Below, piece after piece: positions 33,963 to 43,533 of a DNA stretch of 64,000 nt (its first letter is position 1; every line of letters begins with the position of its first letter). The DNA is taken from IMG/VR virus record IMGVR_UViG_3300007511_000008. The stretch is one strand, 5' to 3'. The stretch is from a virus (lineage: Duplodnaviria; Heunggongvirae; Uroviricota; Caudoviricetes). A program made the translations under genes and the position numbers. The notes under the pieces are model-generated. The model did no database searches. It was given only the letters and a program-made list of their open reading frames with translations, and was not told where the DNA came from.

Positions 33963-34427
33963 CTATTTCTTTCCCTTTGCCCCAGCGAACCCCGAAAGGG
34001 GGCCACGAAGAGTATCGGCGAAAGAATTCCTACGCTGTGCTGAGTGGACGCGGCTAAGGGCCTCGACGTCCTGCAGGGGAAACCCAACATCCTTGAATTC
34101 ATGTGCCCGACGGATAAAGGATCCGGCGGCAAGGGGGTCTCCTGCAACTTCCGGGGCAAAATGCATCAGTGACCGAAAGTATGGTTTTATAGACTGCTTT
34201 TTCCGCTTGAGGTCCGGGTTGGACGAAAGCATCTTATTGAAATACCGCTTTGCTTTGACCTTAGTACCTACTGCCTCAATCCCTTCTGCGGCAAGCGCCC
34301 CAGTGGTTGCCATGCCCGCGCCAAGCAAGCCAAGTTTCAACGCAGCACGCCAATTAATTGCTTCTTTGGTCTTACCTGCGAGGCTCTCAATCACTGCCTT
34401 TGTACGAGCAAATTCGATATTTTCCAT
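33963..34427 (-). CDS. Hypothetical protein (154 aa).
   Basis: Clean ORF. Confidence 0.4.
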   Translation of the reverse strand: MENIEFARTKAVIESLAGKTKEAINWRAALKLGLLGAGMATTGALAAEGIEAVGTKVKAKRYFNKMLSSNPDLKRKKQSIKPYFRSLMHFAPEVAGDPLAAGSFIRRAHEFKDVGFPLQDVEALSRVHSAQRRNSFADTLRGPLSGFAGAKGKK

Positions 34428-34948
34428 TAGAACGAACCTCCAGAAGTCGGAAGTGGTTGGTAATAAGGTTGCATCTGCTGTTGCAGTACTGCCATCTCCT
34501 GAGCAGGTGCCGCGGGACCTACTGCTTTGCTGCGAGTCTTCCGCAATTCATTGGCGAGCAACAAACCACCACCCGTAAGGAAAGGATGTCTTTGCGCTAC
34601 ACCTACTACGCCGCCGTATGAAGTCTTACGGATAGCTGGGATGCGATTGCCTCTGATCTTAAGCCAGGAGACCCGGGCGCGTTTATTTGCCGGCAAGTTC
34701 GCGAGCTCTTTATTACTTAGCTGCCGATACCCCTTCAGTTTCGCTGCGTCTCTCACAGACCAACGGAGGCGCGAACCCCGAAGGGGGCCAACGAGCTTCT
34801 TTGCGCCAAGCAAAATATCCTTACCAGTTGAGAGCACAGGTTTCACCGTACTCTTTGTGGCCAGCCGCCCCAGGAGATGTACTGGGTTGAGTGGCCCCGC
34901 AAGTTTTACCATCTCCCGAGACAACTGTACCGAATTATTTCGCCGCAT
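34427..34948 (-). CDS. Hypothetical basic protein (173 aa from the MRRNN start).
   Basis: The internal ATG at 34948 has GGAGGAG 7 nt upstream and overlaps the upstream gene by 14 nt. The longer 35152 start would overlap by 217 nt. Confidence 0.4.
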   Translation of the reverse strand: MRRNNSVQLSREMVKLAGPLNPVHLLGRLATKSTVKPVLSTGKDILLGAKKLVGPLRGSRLRWSVRDAAKLKGYRQLSNKELANLPANKRARVSWLKIRGNRIPAIRKTSYGGVVGVAQRHPFLTGGGLLLANELRKTRSKAVGPAAPAQEMAVLQQQMQPYYQPLPTSGGSF

Positions 34949-35711
34949 TGAGTATCTCCTCCACCTGAGGCATGGTCTCTGCTTTGGATTCCATGTACAG
35001 ACGGGTTGCTTCTTTACACTCCGCGGCCTTAACCAACAGCGGGTGCTTGGGATTCGGGATAGAAGAGGCTGGGTCATTCCCTGTACCGCGGCAAACTTCT
35101 GTTCGAGCGCAAGCAATCTTAATGAACTCCGGGCTGGAGCCAGAAGCTGCAAGTGCTGAAGATACTTCGTCTACAGAGAGCTCGCCAGTTTGTACTGCCT
35201 CCGCCACGTAATTCTGCAAAGAGGCTACCTTACTCAGGGCCCGCGATTTCAGGTCCTCTACTGCATCCAACATATGCGCCAGCTTCTGCCGGGTAGCGAT
35301 CGGGTCCTCTACCGCGGATGTCTGCTCCTCAGCTCCGCCCACCTCCCCGAACAACGCGTGTGCCAGCTTTTCCGTAGAGATGAAATCCTCCCCTGGGATA
35401 TAATTGGCCTTCGCAAGTTTGGTCTTCACCTCAGTACCTCCACATTTAGTAGCATCGGCCACATCGAACGTAATGTAGCCAGCTTCCTTCTTCATCAATA
35501 GGGAGAAAGCCTCGTTATTCGCCGCCTCAACTACCCGCCGTGTCTGCTCTCGATTGAGTGCATTATCCTTCACAAAACCCGCAATAGTCGAGTTCATATC
35601 CTCTTCAGACCCAACCATCTTACGAGCAGCGGTTTTGCCTAAATCCTCAAGGAAGTCCTTTGTCTTATGCGAGGGGCCGCAGGACGTAAGAAACCGCACG
35701 ATTGAGTCCAT
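34935..35711 (-). CDS. Hypothetical protein (258 aa).
   Basis: Clean ORF. No motifs. Confidence 0.45.
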   Translation of the reverse strand: MDSIVRFLTSCGPSHKTKDFLEDLGKTAARKMVGSEEDMNSTIAGFVKDNALNREQTRRVVEAANNEAFSLLMKKEAGYITFDVADATKCGGTEVKTKLAKANYIPGEDFISTEKLAHALFGEVGGAEEQTSAVEDPIATRQKLAHMLDAVEDLKSRALSKVASLQNYVAEAVQTGELSVDEVSSALAASGSSPEFIKIACARTEVCRGTGNDPASSIPNPKHPLLVKAAECKEATRLYMESKAETMPQVEEILNAAK

Positions 35712-35778
35712 GAATCGATCCTCCTATTCGCCGAGTATATCGTAAAGAGAGTAGCGTATATGTGTCAAGATACTACTC

Positions 35779-37434
35779 CTATTGGCCTTTCTGCTCTTCC
35801 ATGTATGCCACACCGGCGTTCATCACGTCCGGTCGAGGGTGGGACAGCATACTCGCCAGGAAACAATAAAGTGCAGAGTGGAATGCATCATCGGTACCGT
35901 CAATTAGTTTGTCGTAGACAATTGTATGCCTGTCCTCACGATACTCACTGTAGATGTTCAAGAAATCCTCTGCAAAGGGCTTGAACTCCTCCCAACGGGG
36001 GAACCGGATGTGCCCCTTCTTGATTGCATTGAAAAACATGCTCATTACTTCTGTTCGGTTGGCAATAAATCGATTGAGCTGAGATTGCCATTTGACGAGC
36101 CCGCTAAGACCGGCGTACTGGTACTGCGCTACTTTCCGCGGACCGAAGGTTGTAACAAGATCATGGTTCCTATCAAAACCACCGCCGTAATCGACCCCGA
36201 TGATGTCCATGCCAGGATGCTCAGAATACAGATGCTTTATATGGGCCATCTGCCTCTTGGGTTCCGACAACTCTCCCACGTACTTATGGAAATGGATGAA
36301 CGTAAACTTTCCGTGAATGTATGTTCCTATGGAAGAAACTGTATAGGAATTTTCCGCGGAACCCCAATCAACACCCATCCACTTAGGTTGCGCAGCGGCC
36401 TTGAAGTAGGAAGTACCATGTGGGTACTGGCTGCTGTACATCGAAACGGTAGGATCACACGCTGCTTTCAACTCTGCTTCCGTAATAGGAGTTGCCCCAA
36501 CATCATGGGGAACCCCAAGTACCTCATTGAGGAATTGGGCCCGGGGGTACCTTGTCCGTTTATCCAGCAGTTCCGGCCAGGATACCCGAGGAGAGATGAT
36601 CTGCGGAATACGGAAACCCTCAAACGGTTCTTCAACCCCAGGCTCTGGATTCATCGAAACCCATTGGGCAGAAGAATGCATCGGGTGTATCTGCGCATCG
36701 CAGCGAGCACACGATAAATATTCCTTTCCGATATTTTCTTCCCCAGGCAAATTCCAATACCGGTAATCCCCACCCCCACAAGCATCGCAAGGTATCATCC
36801 ACTCATTCTGCGTAGAGAACTTCTTGAATGTTCTGGAAAGGGTATTCGATTCAGTCAGCGGAGTTCCGGCGTAATGGAATTGCTTGTGCTCAGAAGCAAA
36901 CGTACACTCCTCGATAACCGGGAGGAGGGTGGCAAGGATGTTCTGGAGCTCATCCACAAAGAGGAAATCTGTCATGATACCGCGGATGGCATCTGCAGTT
37001 AGGAATGCATAACCAAGTCGAATCTCAGACCCAGAAACAAACTCCTTGTACATCGCATTGTCTTTGGCACCCCGATTGGTCTGGAAATTACTCAAGAAAT
37101 CGGACCAAAGCAGAGGTTGCTTCAGGCGATCACGACTAAAGGTTTGCGCCTGTCCCTGACGGGGAGCAACGTAAAGTATCTTGATATACGGACGTAACAC
37201 GGAGGCCGCAATCATCTTATTGCCCTGGGATGTGCTTTTCTCCACCTGACGGCCGCACATGAGGATAGTCTTTCTCGAGGGAGTGTCGTAGACACGCCGC
37301 AAATACCTACGGCCCTCAAATGAGAAGGGCTCGAGCTTTCCACTTTTGGGTAGACGGAAAGATGTTTCAACGAAATTCGAGAGGGTGAGCTTTGCCGGTT
37401 CCCTGGATTTAGACTGGAGCCCAATGGGGAGCAC
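35779..37434 (-). CDS. terL: Terminase large subunit (ATPase plus RNaseH-like nuclease).
   Basis: The deviant Walker A typical of TerL is 'ILMCGRQVEKSTS'. Walker B is 'DFLFVDELQ'. The C-terminal nuclease-type acidic motifs are 'IIGVDYGGGFDRNHD' and '...IDGTDDAFHSALY'. Confidence 0.75.
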   Translation of the reverse strand: MLPIGLQSKSREPAKLTLSNFVETSFRLPKSGKLEPFSFEGRRYLRRVYDTPSRKTILMCGRQVEKSTSQGNKMIAASVLRPYIKILYVAPRQGQAQTFSRDRLKQPLLWSDFLSNFQTNRGAKDNAMYKEFVSGSEIRLGYAFLTADAIRGIMTDFLFVDELQNILATLLPVIEECTFASEHKQFHYAGTPLTESNTLSRTFKKFSTQNEWMIPCDACGGGDYRYWNLPGEENIGKEYLSCARCDAQIHPMHSSAQWVSMNPEPGVEEPFEGFRIPQIISPRVSWPELLDKRTRYPRAQFLNEVLGVPHDVGATPITEAELKAACDPTVSMYSSQYPHGTSYFKAAAQPKWMGVDWGSAENSYTVSSIGTYIHGKFTFIHFHKYVGELSEPKRQMAHIKHLYSEHPGMDIIGVDYGGGFDRNHDLVTTFGPRKVAQYQYAGLSGLVKWQSQLNRFIANRTEVMSMFFNAIKKGHIRFPRWEEFKPFAEDFLNIYSEYREDRHTIVYDKLIDGTDDAFHSALYCFLASMLSHPRPDVMNAGVAYMEEQKGQ

Positions 37435-37436
37435 GG

Positions 37437-37847
37437 TTATCTTCTCCTCTCCAGAGCAGCGGCGATCTCCTGCATCTTACGCTGAGCACGTCGTTTCCCC
37501 GAAATACCGGCCTCGATACCTTTCTTCCCAACACTTGCAGCAGAGAGCACAGGACGGTAGGGATACCGCATCCACCAGGGTATCTTAGGGGAATCGACAA
37601 GCTGCGCCCCAATCTTCTGCAGCTGATTCATAGGAAGCGGGGGTGGTAACATTTTGGGTTTCCGTAGCTTAGACGGAAGGGGCTTCAACTTTGGTGGGGG
37701 AGGGACTCTACCCGAGACGGCGTACGGTCGCTTTGCGCGGGTTACCTGCGGGTCCTTAGTGATGAAGGGCTTGGGGGGCTTATGGGGCTTCCCAATCTCA
37801 CCTCCAGTGGGGACATACTTTGGCTTCGGAATACTGTACTTCGACAT
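37437..37847 (-). CDS. Small basic Pro/Lys-rich protein (136 aa). Possibly a terminase small subunit or DNA-binding protein, which is speculative.
   Basis: Sits immediately upstream of terL in the same orientation ('PKPKYVPTGGEIGKPHKPPKPFITKDPQVTRAKRPY...'). Confidence 0.35.
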   Translation of the reverse strand: MSKYSIPKPKYVPTGGEIGKPHKPPKPFITKDPQVTRAKRPYAVSGRVPPPPKLKPLPSKLRKPKMLPPPLPMNQLQKIGAQLVDSPKIPWWMRYPYRPVLSAASVGKKGIEAGISGKRRAQRKMQEIAAALERRR

Positions 37848-37850
37848 TAG

Positions 37851-39506
37851 CTACCCCGTCGGTGGGTAAATATAGACCCATTCACCAGTTTTAGGGCTAC
37901 GGTACTTCCGCAAGTATTTGTGCATACGGATACCCTTGGGCTGCTTCACCTTCAAAACGTTCCGCATGCTCTCATTCAACTGGTGCTTCTTCCGGGCAAC
38001 GTTGTACACCCACTGGTCAACTGTAGCCCCGGGTTTACGGTTGAAGATGAAACCCTTGGGATACGCCGTTGTATACCGTTTGATAAGCACCTTTCGCTTC
38101 TCAGGAGGCCGATGGGATTGGCCACCCAATCGACGTACGCGGGCCTCGGCCTGGTGCACACGTTCCGGGTTCCAATGCCCATCCATTGAGAAGAACGCGG
38201 TAGCATTCTTCAGGTCGAGGCCTTCTGCCCCTGCACCAGAGATAAGGACAACCTTCTTCTTGCCGGCCTTGAAGTCTGCAATGTCTACATCCCTACTATC
38301 GCGAGTCACCTTCTTACCCCCGATAGTTCTACCAGTACCAGCAAATACCCCAAAAGGAACTCCCCGCTGTTGCAGACCAGCCGCGGCAACGTCCAACCCT
38401 CCCTTGATGAGATTACTGTAGACAACAGCCTTCCCATCCGGCGTCTCCTTCAGATGGTTTTGGAGGTCATCCAGCAGTTTTTTTGTCTTAGGGGTCAACT
38501 CAGCAGACTGTGCCTTTGTGTACTCCGGGTTGGCAGAGGAGATATCGTTCAATGCCCGGCGGGCGTGGATGATCTTCCCAAACACATGAGCAAGCTGCTG
38601 TGGAGAGAGGTTAGTCTCTCCCTTAGCAATCATCTTCTTGATTGGGCCCAGCTTATCCATGACGTAGTCGTAGTAGAGCTTTTGCTCCTTTGACATTGGA
38701 ACCCGAACAGTTTCCACCTGCTTTGCAGGCATGCTCTTTCCGACATCTTTACTTGTTCGTACGTCAACGACGGGCGTGACATAATGTGCAATCTCGCCCG
38801 GATTCACGAGAGCTTTGATATCTTTCTTACCACCCCAAAAACCCTTCTCCTTTCCAATAGTACGCATGTACCTTTGTTTGAAGAGAGACTTGGACATAAA
38901 TTGCCCCCCGGTCGCAATGTTGACCAGAGTAGCAATCTCCGCAGGACTGTTATTCACCGGACTCGCAGTTAGCCCAATGAAGTTCTTACTGTACTGCCGG
39001 GCCTGAAGTGCTGCCTTATGGGTACGTGATCGCTCAGAGCGCAGCTTATGGAACTCATCGAAAACCAGGGTATCAGCGCCACTCCGGCGGATGAGGCCAA
39101 TGGGGTCCCGACGGAACATATCGTAAGAGATGACCGTGTAATCTGCTGCCGGAGTTATCTCATCGATATAATGGATGTTGTCGTTGGGGTCCTTGTTGGC
39201 CGCAGCCTTTGACCCAACAACCTGGTGGGAAGACTGCGTAAACTTCTGGATACCTTCCTTCACGAAGTTGGTCTTCAAACCAGCCGGCACAACTACAAGG
39301 GCTTTGTTCGCACGTCCGGCAGCCTTAGCTTTTTCAAAAGCAAAGATTGCAGTAGCCGTCTTCCCAGTACCAGTGGCATGCGCAAGAATCACTTGCCCCT
39401 GGTTGAAGAACTTATTGACAGCCGCCTGCTGATGCGGGTAGGGCTTGAACCCTTCCTTTACCCCGGCTACCTTAGTTTGCCCAAGGAATTGTGCAAGCTT
39501 GTCCAT
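37851..39506 (-). CDS. SNF2-family (SF2) helicase/ATPase.
   Basis: Motif I is 'ILAHATGTGKTATAIF'. Motif Ia is 'ALVVVPAGLKTNFVKE'. Motif II is 'LVFDEFHKLRS' (DExH). Motif III is 'IGLTASPVNNSPAEI'. Motifs V/VI are 'VVLISGAGAEGLDLKNATAFFSMDGHWNPERVHQAEARVRRLGQ'. Confidence 0.7.
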   Translation of the reverse strand: MDKLAQFLGQTKVAGVKEGFKPYPHQQAAVNKFFNQGQVILAHATGTGKTATAIFAFEKAKAAGRANKALVVVPAGLKTNFVKEGIQKFTQSSHQVVGSKAAANKDPNDNIHYIDEITPAADYTVISYDMFRRDPIGLIRRSGADTLVFDEFHKLRSERSRTHKAALQARQYSKNFIGLTASPVNNSPAEIATLVNIATGGQFMSKSLFKQRYMRTIGKEKGFWGGKKDIKALVNPGEIAHYVTPVVDVRTSKDVGKSMPAKQVETVRVPMSKEQKLYYDYVMDKLGPIKKMIAKGETNLSPQQLAHVFGKIIHARRALNDISSANPEYTKAQSAELTPKTKKLLDDLQNHLKETPDGKAVVYSNLIKGGLDVAAAGLQQRGVPFGVFAGTGRTIGGKKVTRDSRDVDIADFKAGKKKVVLISGAGAEGLDLKNATAFFSMDGHWNPERVHQAEARVRRLGGQSHRPPEKRKVLIKRYTTAYPKGFIFNRKPGATVDQWVYNVARKKHQLNESMRNVLKVKQPKGIRMHKYLRKYRSPKTGEWVYIYPPTG

Positions 39507-40670
39507 TTACCTCGCCTCTACCCGCTTAATAGCAGCAATCAATCTCGCACGAGCAGGAGTATCAGGGAGAGACTTAAAGAAAGCTTTATCTCCGCCCCCC
39601 GAAGGAGTTTTCTTTATGGCAGTAACCATTTTCCTTACGAACGGCGCACCGCCCATTTCCCTAAACTTCGTTGTTACCTCAGAAGGGGAAAGCCCCCGCC
39701 GTTTCCAGCTATCACCCACTTTCCCTACAGAACGGGTAGTGGCCTCAAGAAGCCCCTTCTTGTGGGGATTCTTGGCTAAAGCCAGCGTCCGCCGCACCAC
39801 CTGCTTCAAGCCAGCAGCCTTCTCCAGCTCATCTGTAAAAGCTCCCATAATAAGTTCTTCCATAATATCCTCCTTAGATGCTTTCTTTACCTTACCTTTC
39901 TTATTAGCTGCGAGGACTTTCTGGAGAACCCCGCCAAGTACCATCGTACCGAATGCCCCGGCTGCCCCACGACCAACAGTCTTGGGCAACCACTTTACTG
40001 GCTGCTTGAATGCTTTTCCGTAGGCTTTCGGGGAGAACAGCTTTTTCTGCTTGGAGACATCAGCAATGACTGTTTCCGAGAGCCCCTTCCCGGCACCGGT
40101 CAGCCCACCAAGAGCAGCAGCTACAGGAAGGATGCTCTTTGGTTTCTTCCCCTTCTTAGCACCCTTTGTATTGGACTTCATCTTATGGGCAAGCCCCAGA
40201 GCCAAAGCAGATGCAAGAGCGGTTGCTGTAGCACCCCGGCCAAGGGCCTTTGGGCCAAAGTGTTTGCCCCAATTTGGCTTCTTCTTAGCATAAGCTTCCC
40301 AGGCACCCTCAATGCCACCCTTGCCGTAGCCGTAAATGGCTCCCGAGCCGATAACCTTTGCGATGCCCTTCTTTGTCCGCTTTTTCTCACCCGACTTGAT
40401 ATCCGCCATGCCACTTGCGAAAACAGGGAAAGTTGCAGTGCCGCCGATGAGACCGCCGAGCCCGCGACCGGTAGCGCGTCCTTTGAGCGCACGCAGCATC
40501 TTGCTGCCCTTAAATGCCCCGCGAACAGGCTTCCCGGTCAACTTCATCTTAGTTGCATCTGCAGCGACCTGGTCCACAGCTCCTTTGGGGATATCGCCGA
40601 TGATAGACTTTGTAGCACCGCCTACCAGCCCGGCATACAGGGCGTCTCGTTTTTTACTTCTCTTCGCCAT
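39507..40670 (-). CDS. Gly/Lys/Ala-rich basic protein (387 aa). Candidate internal-virion or ejection protein.
   Basis: Low-complexity, highly basic repeats throughout ('GKGGIEGAWEAYAKKKPNWGKHFGPKALGRGATATALASALALGLAHKMKSNTKGAKKGKKPK...'). Confidence 0.45.
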   Translation of the reverse strand: MAKRSKKRDALYAGLVGGATKSIIGDIPKGAVDQVAADATKMKLTGKPVRGAFKGSKMLRALKGRATGRGLGGLIGGTATFPVFASGMADIKSGEKKRTKKGIAKVIGSGAIYGYGKGGIEGAWEAYAKKKPNWGKHFGPKALGRGATATALASALALGLAHKMKSNTKGAKKGKKPKSILPVAAALGGLTGAGKGLSETVIADVSKQKKLFSPKAYGKAFKQPVKWLPKTVGRGAAGAFGTMVLGGVLQKVLAANKKGKVKKASKEDIMEELIMGAFTDELEKAAGLKQVVRRTLALAKNPHKKGLLEATTRSVGKVGDSWKRRGLSPSEVTTKFREMGGAPFVRKMVTAIKKTPSGGGDKAFFKSLPDTPARARLIAAIKRVEAR

Positions 40671-41514
40671 CGGTCAGCCTCTTGGGGGCGTTGGGTCCAG
40701 ACATTTGAATAATCTTGCCCCCACGCGCCTGCAACTCCTCCGCTGAAGGGGGAGTATCTTCACTAAAGCGTAACATAATCATCTCGAGCATTTGAAGTGC
40801 TGTGTCTGTAGAAGACTTGGCCCGTTCCTGCAAATCAAGTCCGCGAAGAGCGATATCCGCCCACGTCTTCGCAGACCCCGTAGTCTTTACGTTGGTTGGA
40901 TCTGCAGACGCCACCGCCCTGAAATTAGAGAAGGCCTGGTCAGTCATGTACTTCAGCATATCCTCGGGCTTCAACTGCAGAGGTTCCCCCACAGCCAAAA
41001 GCGCGGCATGTGGATCGGAAGCTACATAGACAGACCAAAGGCTGCTCCCATGCTGGTACTTATCAAGGAGGGCCTTCCAATCATCCAGATCCAGCAGATC
41101 TTTATTCCAAAAGTAATGGGCGTAATATCCGATTACTTCCTCGTCAATTTCCTTTCCGAAATACTTAGAGATGACATCTCGAATGACATCAACTGGGACT
41201 TCCCCGAGCAACATGGCTTCCAGCTTCTGCCTAAGATTCCCGGTACCCAATAGGGTAGATGCCGCGACAACCTTTGGTCGCCGGACTACAAGGTCGTATA
41301 GCTTATTGTCTCGTAGCCAGCGAATACAGTGGAGTGCGTTGGGGTCGAACGGCTTTGGCTTGGTTTTCTGAAGTTCCTGCCGCAGTACTTCCAGGTAGAC
41401 CTCGTCAGGAGTAGGGAATCTACGGAGGGCTACCGCACTTTGGATATCCTCATTGGAAAACTGCGGCTCCATCGACAACAGAGCCTTTATCCAGTATTCG
41501 CATGGTAGCCGCAT
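40654..41514 (-). CDS. Hypothetical protein (286 aa).
   Basis: Clean ORF overlapping its neighbour by 17 nt. Confidence 0.45.
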   Translation of the reverse strand: MRLPCEYWIKALLSMEPQFSNEDIQSAVALRRFPTPDEVYLEVLRQELQKTKPKPFDPNALHCIRWLRDNKLYDLVVRRPKVVAASTLLGTGNLRQKLEAMLLGEVPVDVIRDVISKYFGKEIDEEVIGYYAHYFWNKDLLDLDDWKALLDKYQHGSSLWSVYVASDPHAALLAVGEPLQLKPEDMLKYMTDQAFSNFRAVASADPTNVKTTGSAKTWADIALRGLDLQERAKSSTDTALQMLEMIMLRFSEDTPPSAEELQARGGKIIQMSGPNAPKRLTDGEEK

Positions 41515-41517
41515 CCA

Positions 41518-43512
41518 CTATCCTGCCTGTACCTGTTCGCGGCCCTTCAACTTCAAGAGCTCCAGCCCCGCGGTAATTGCCTCAAGGGCGTTGATCGCAC
41601 GAACAGCTGCATCTTCGGGAACATCCGAAACACCCAGCTGAGATGCAAGCAGAAGCTCACAGACTTTCGAACTGGCCTCTTCCAGGAACGGGAGGTAATC
41701 GATGAAGATTGCCATGTTCTCAGGAGTGATGAAATTGAGCCCAAGTACAGCATCTACCGTATTCTCCTCCTGGAGAGCGGTCGCCACCTTGAGCAGGGAA
41801 TAGTCTTCTTCTGGGAAGTGGGGCATCGCCTCAACTGCTGCGACCTTGGCCAACTCCTGCTGTGCTTCGTAGGTCTCAATAATCCGCGGTGCACGAACAG
41901 TAGTTCTTCCAAAGACCTGCGCTTCCGCCAGCTTGGTTTTACCAAGTACCGGGGGCACACCAGCGAGACCCAGGAAGAAAGTAGCCTGCGGTTCTCCAAC
42001 AAAGGAGGTTTTACCACCGAGCGCCTGCACCGGAGCACCGGAGAGGGTATACTCTCCATCGGAATGTGATATTTCCACCTCAGACCCGCGCAAATTAGCG
42101 CTCGCCAGCTTTACTGCCACAGCTTCATTGGTGGCAACTTTGACCTTCTTCCCAAGAGGAAGGAAGCTCACGAAAGTTTCAGGGTGGGCTGCGTAAAGGC
42201 CGGCAGCGAGTTTTACGAAACCATCGGCAGGATCGACGCCTGTAGTAACTCGGATCTTACCGGAAGTCATTCCGGAATCGTAATGGGCATATTTCCCATC
42301 GGACTCTTCGTAGAAACGGATGTTGACCGGCGGGGAGGCAATGGCACCCGCAGACCCTTCCTTCACAAAGCAACCGCGGCCACGGGGAAGCTCAGTCCAC
42401 ACCATCTCAGTCAACTTCGCAGGCAGGTTATCCGTAGGAGTCCCATAAGCCTCTTGCACGTAGGAATGCCCGGAGGCAGTCTTGATAAAAAGGCCATCCT
42501 GCGGTTTCCCATCCAAGTCTCGTACGTGGGTAAACACGAGAGCAGGCTGAGAGTGTGTGCTGGAAGTCTGCACCATGTACGCCCCGGAGGTCTTAATCTT
42601 CTGCGGCGGGTTTACTTCCTCTGGCGCAACATTGAGATTCCGGATACGAACTGCGTACCCCTTAGCATCAGCTTCCTTTCGAAGGGCTTCAGGCAACGCA
42701 GCCTGCAACTCACCGGTCAGCTCGTCCACCTGGTCGAAGTAAGCTCTTGTACAAGCAGAGGCAAACTTGTAGCCATCCGGAGTTCTTTCTACCAGCACAG
42801 CATCCGTCGGAAGATTATTCCGGACAGTGGCTTTGATAGCAGAAGCTTCCTTGGACTTCGTGGAAAGGAAGTGCTCAACCTTCTCCCGGAAGTGCGGATT
42901 CTCCTTGAGACCGTGCAACAGAGTGGGGTCTGAGGAGATAAATTCGGCAATCTTCTCCTTCCGCGAAGGGGAGATCGTTTGCCCAACAAGACCGCACAAG
43001 GAAGCCGTCTTTACTACACCCTCCCCCGGGGTATCAGGGAACATCCCACTACCGGACAAAGTCCCAGTACCAACACCCGCCTGAGTCTGTGAGATGTCAA
43101 AGGCCGATGGGGAATAGAGGACAGCATCTACACGCCGCTGAGTAAGCGGGTAGGCCAAACCGTTTGCCGGATTGATGAAGGTGAGCAGGGGCTTGAGCTT
43201 CCGCTTTTCCACAATAAACGGGACGCGGATCCCAGGACCTGTTGAGGGCAGAGGAGTATTCGGCCCAGTATCCGAAGGACGCAAATCCGGTGCAGACTGC
43301 GGAGTGACAGCAAAGAAGCCATAAGCATATCCGCGCTTCTCATCCTGATCGAGCGTACGTTGGTCAATTCGGTACTGGCCCAGATACCCGGCCTGCTCAA
43401 GCAGAGCACTAATCAACTCCTTAGACCAAAGACTCGGATCATCGCTCAGCTTGGTACGCGGTGCCGCGGTCTTCTCCATGTCCGGTGGAGTAGTCAGAAA
43501 CAAAGACTCCAT
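41518..43512 (-). CDS. Large hypothetical virion-module protein (664 aa).
   Basis: 2-kb ORF in the structural block. No catalytic motifs recognised. Confidence 0.5.
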   Translation of the reverse strand: MESLFLTTPPDMEKTAAPRTKLSDDPSLWSKELISALLEQAGYLGQYRIDQRTLDQDEKRGYAYGFFAVTPQSAPDLRPSDTGPNTPLPSTGPGIRVPFIVEKRKLKPLLTFINPANGLAYPLTQRRVDAVLYSPSAFDISQTQAGVGTGTLSGSGMFPDTPGEGVVKTASLCGLVGQTISPSRKEKIAEFISSDPTLLHGLKENPHFREKVEHFLSTKSKEASAIKATVRNNLPTDAVLVERTPDGYKFASACTRAYFDQVDELTGELQAALPEALRKEADAKGYAVRIRNLNVAPEEVNPPQKIKTSGAYMVQTSSTHSQPALVFTHVRDLDGKPQDGLFIKTASGHSYVQEAYGTPTDNLPAKLTEMVWTELPRGRGCFVKEGSAGAIASPPVNIRFYEESDGKYAHYDSGMTSGKIRVTTGVDPADGFVKLAAGLYAAHPETFVSFLPLGKKVKVATNEAVAVKLASANLRGSEVEISHSDGEYTLSGAPVQALGGKTSFVGEPQATFFLGLAGVPPVLGKTKLAEAQVFGRTTVRAPRIIETYEAQQELAKVAAVEAMPHFPEEDYSLLKVATALQEENTVDAVLGLNFITPENMAIFIDYLPFLEEASSKVCELLLASQLGVSDVPEDAAVRAINALEAITAGLELLKLKGREQVQAG

Positions 43513-43533
43513 TATATCGCCTCCTAAGTTAGC

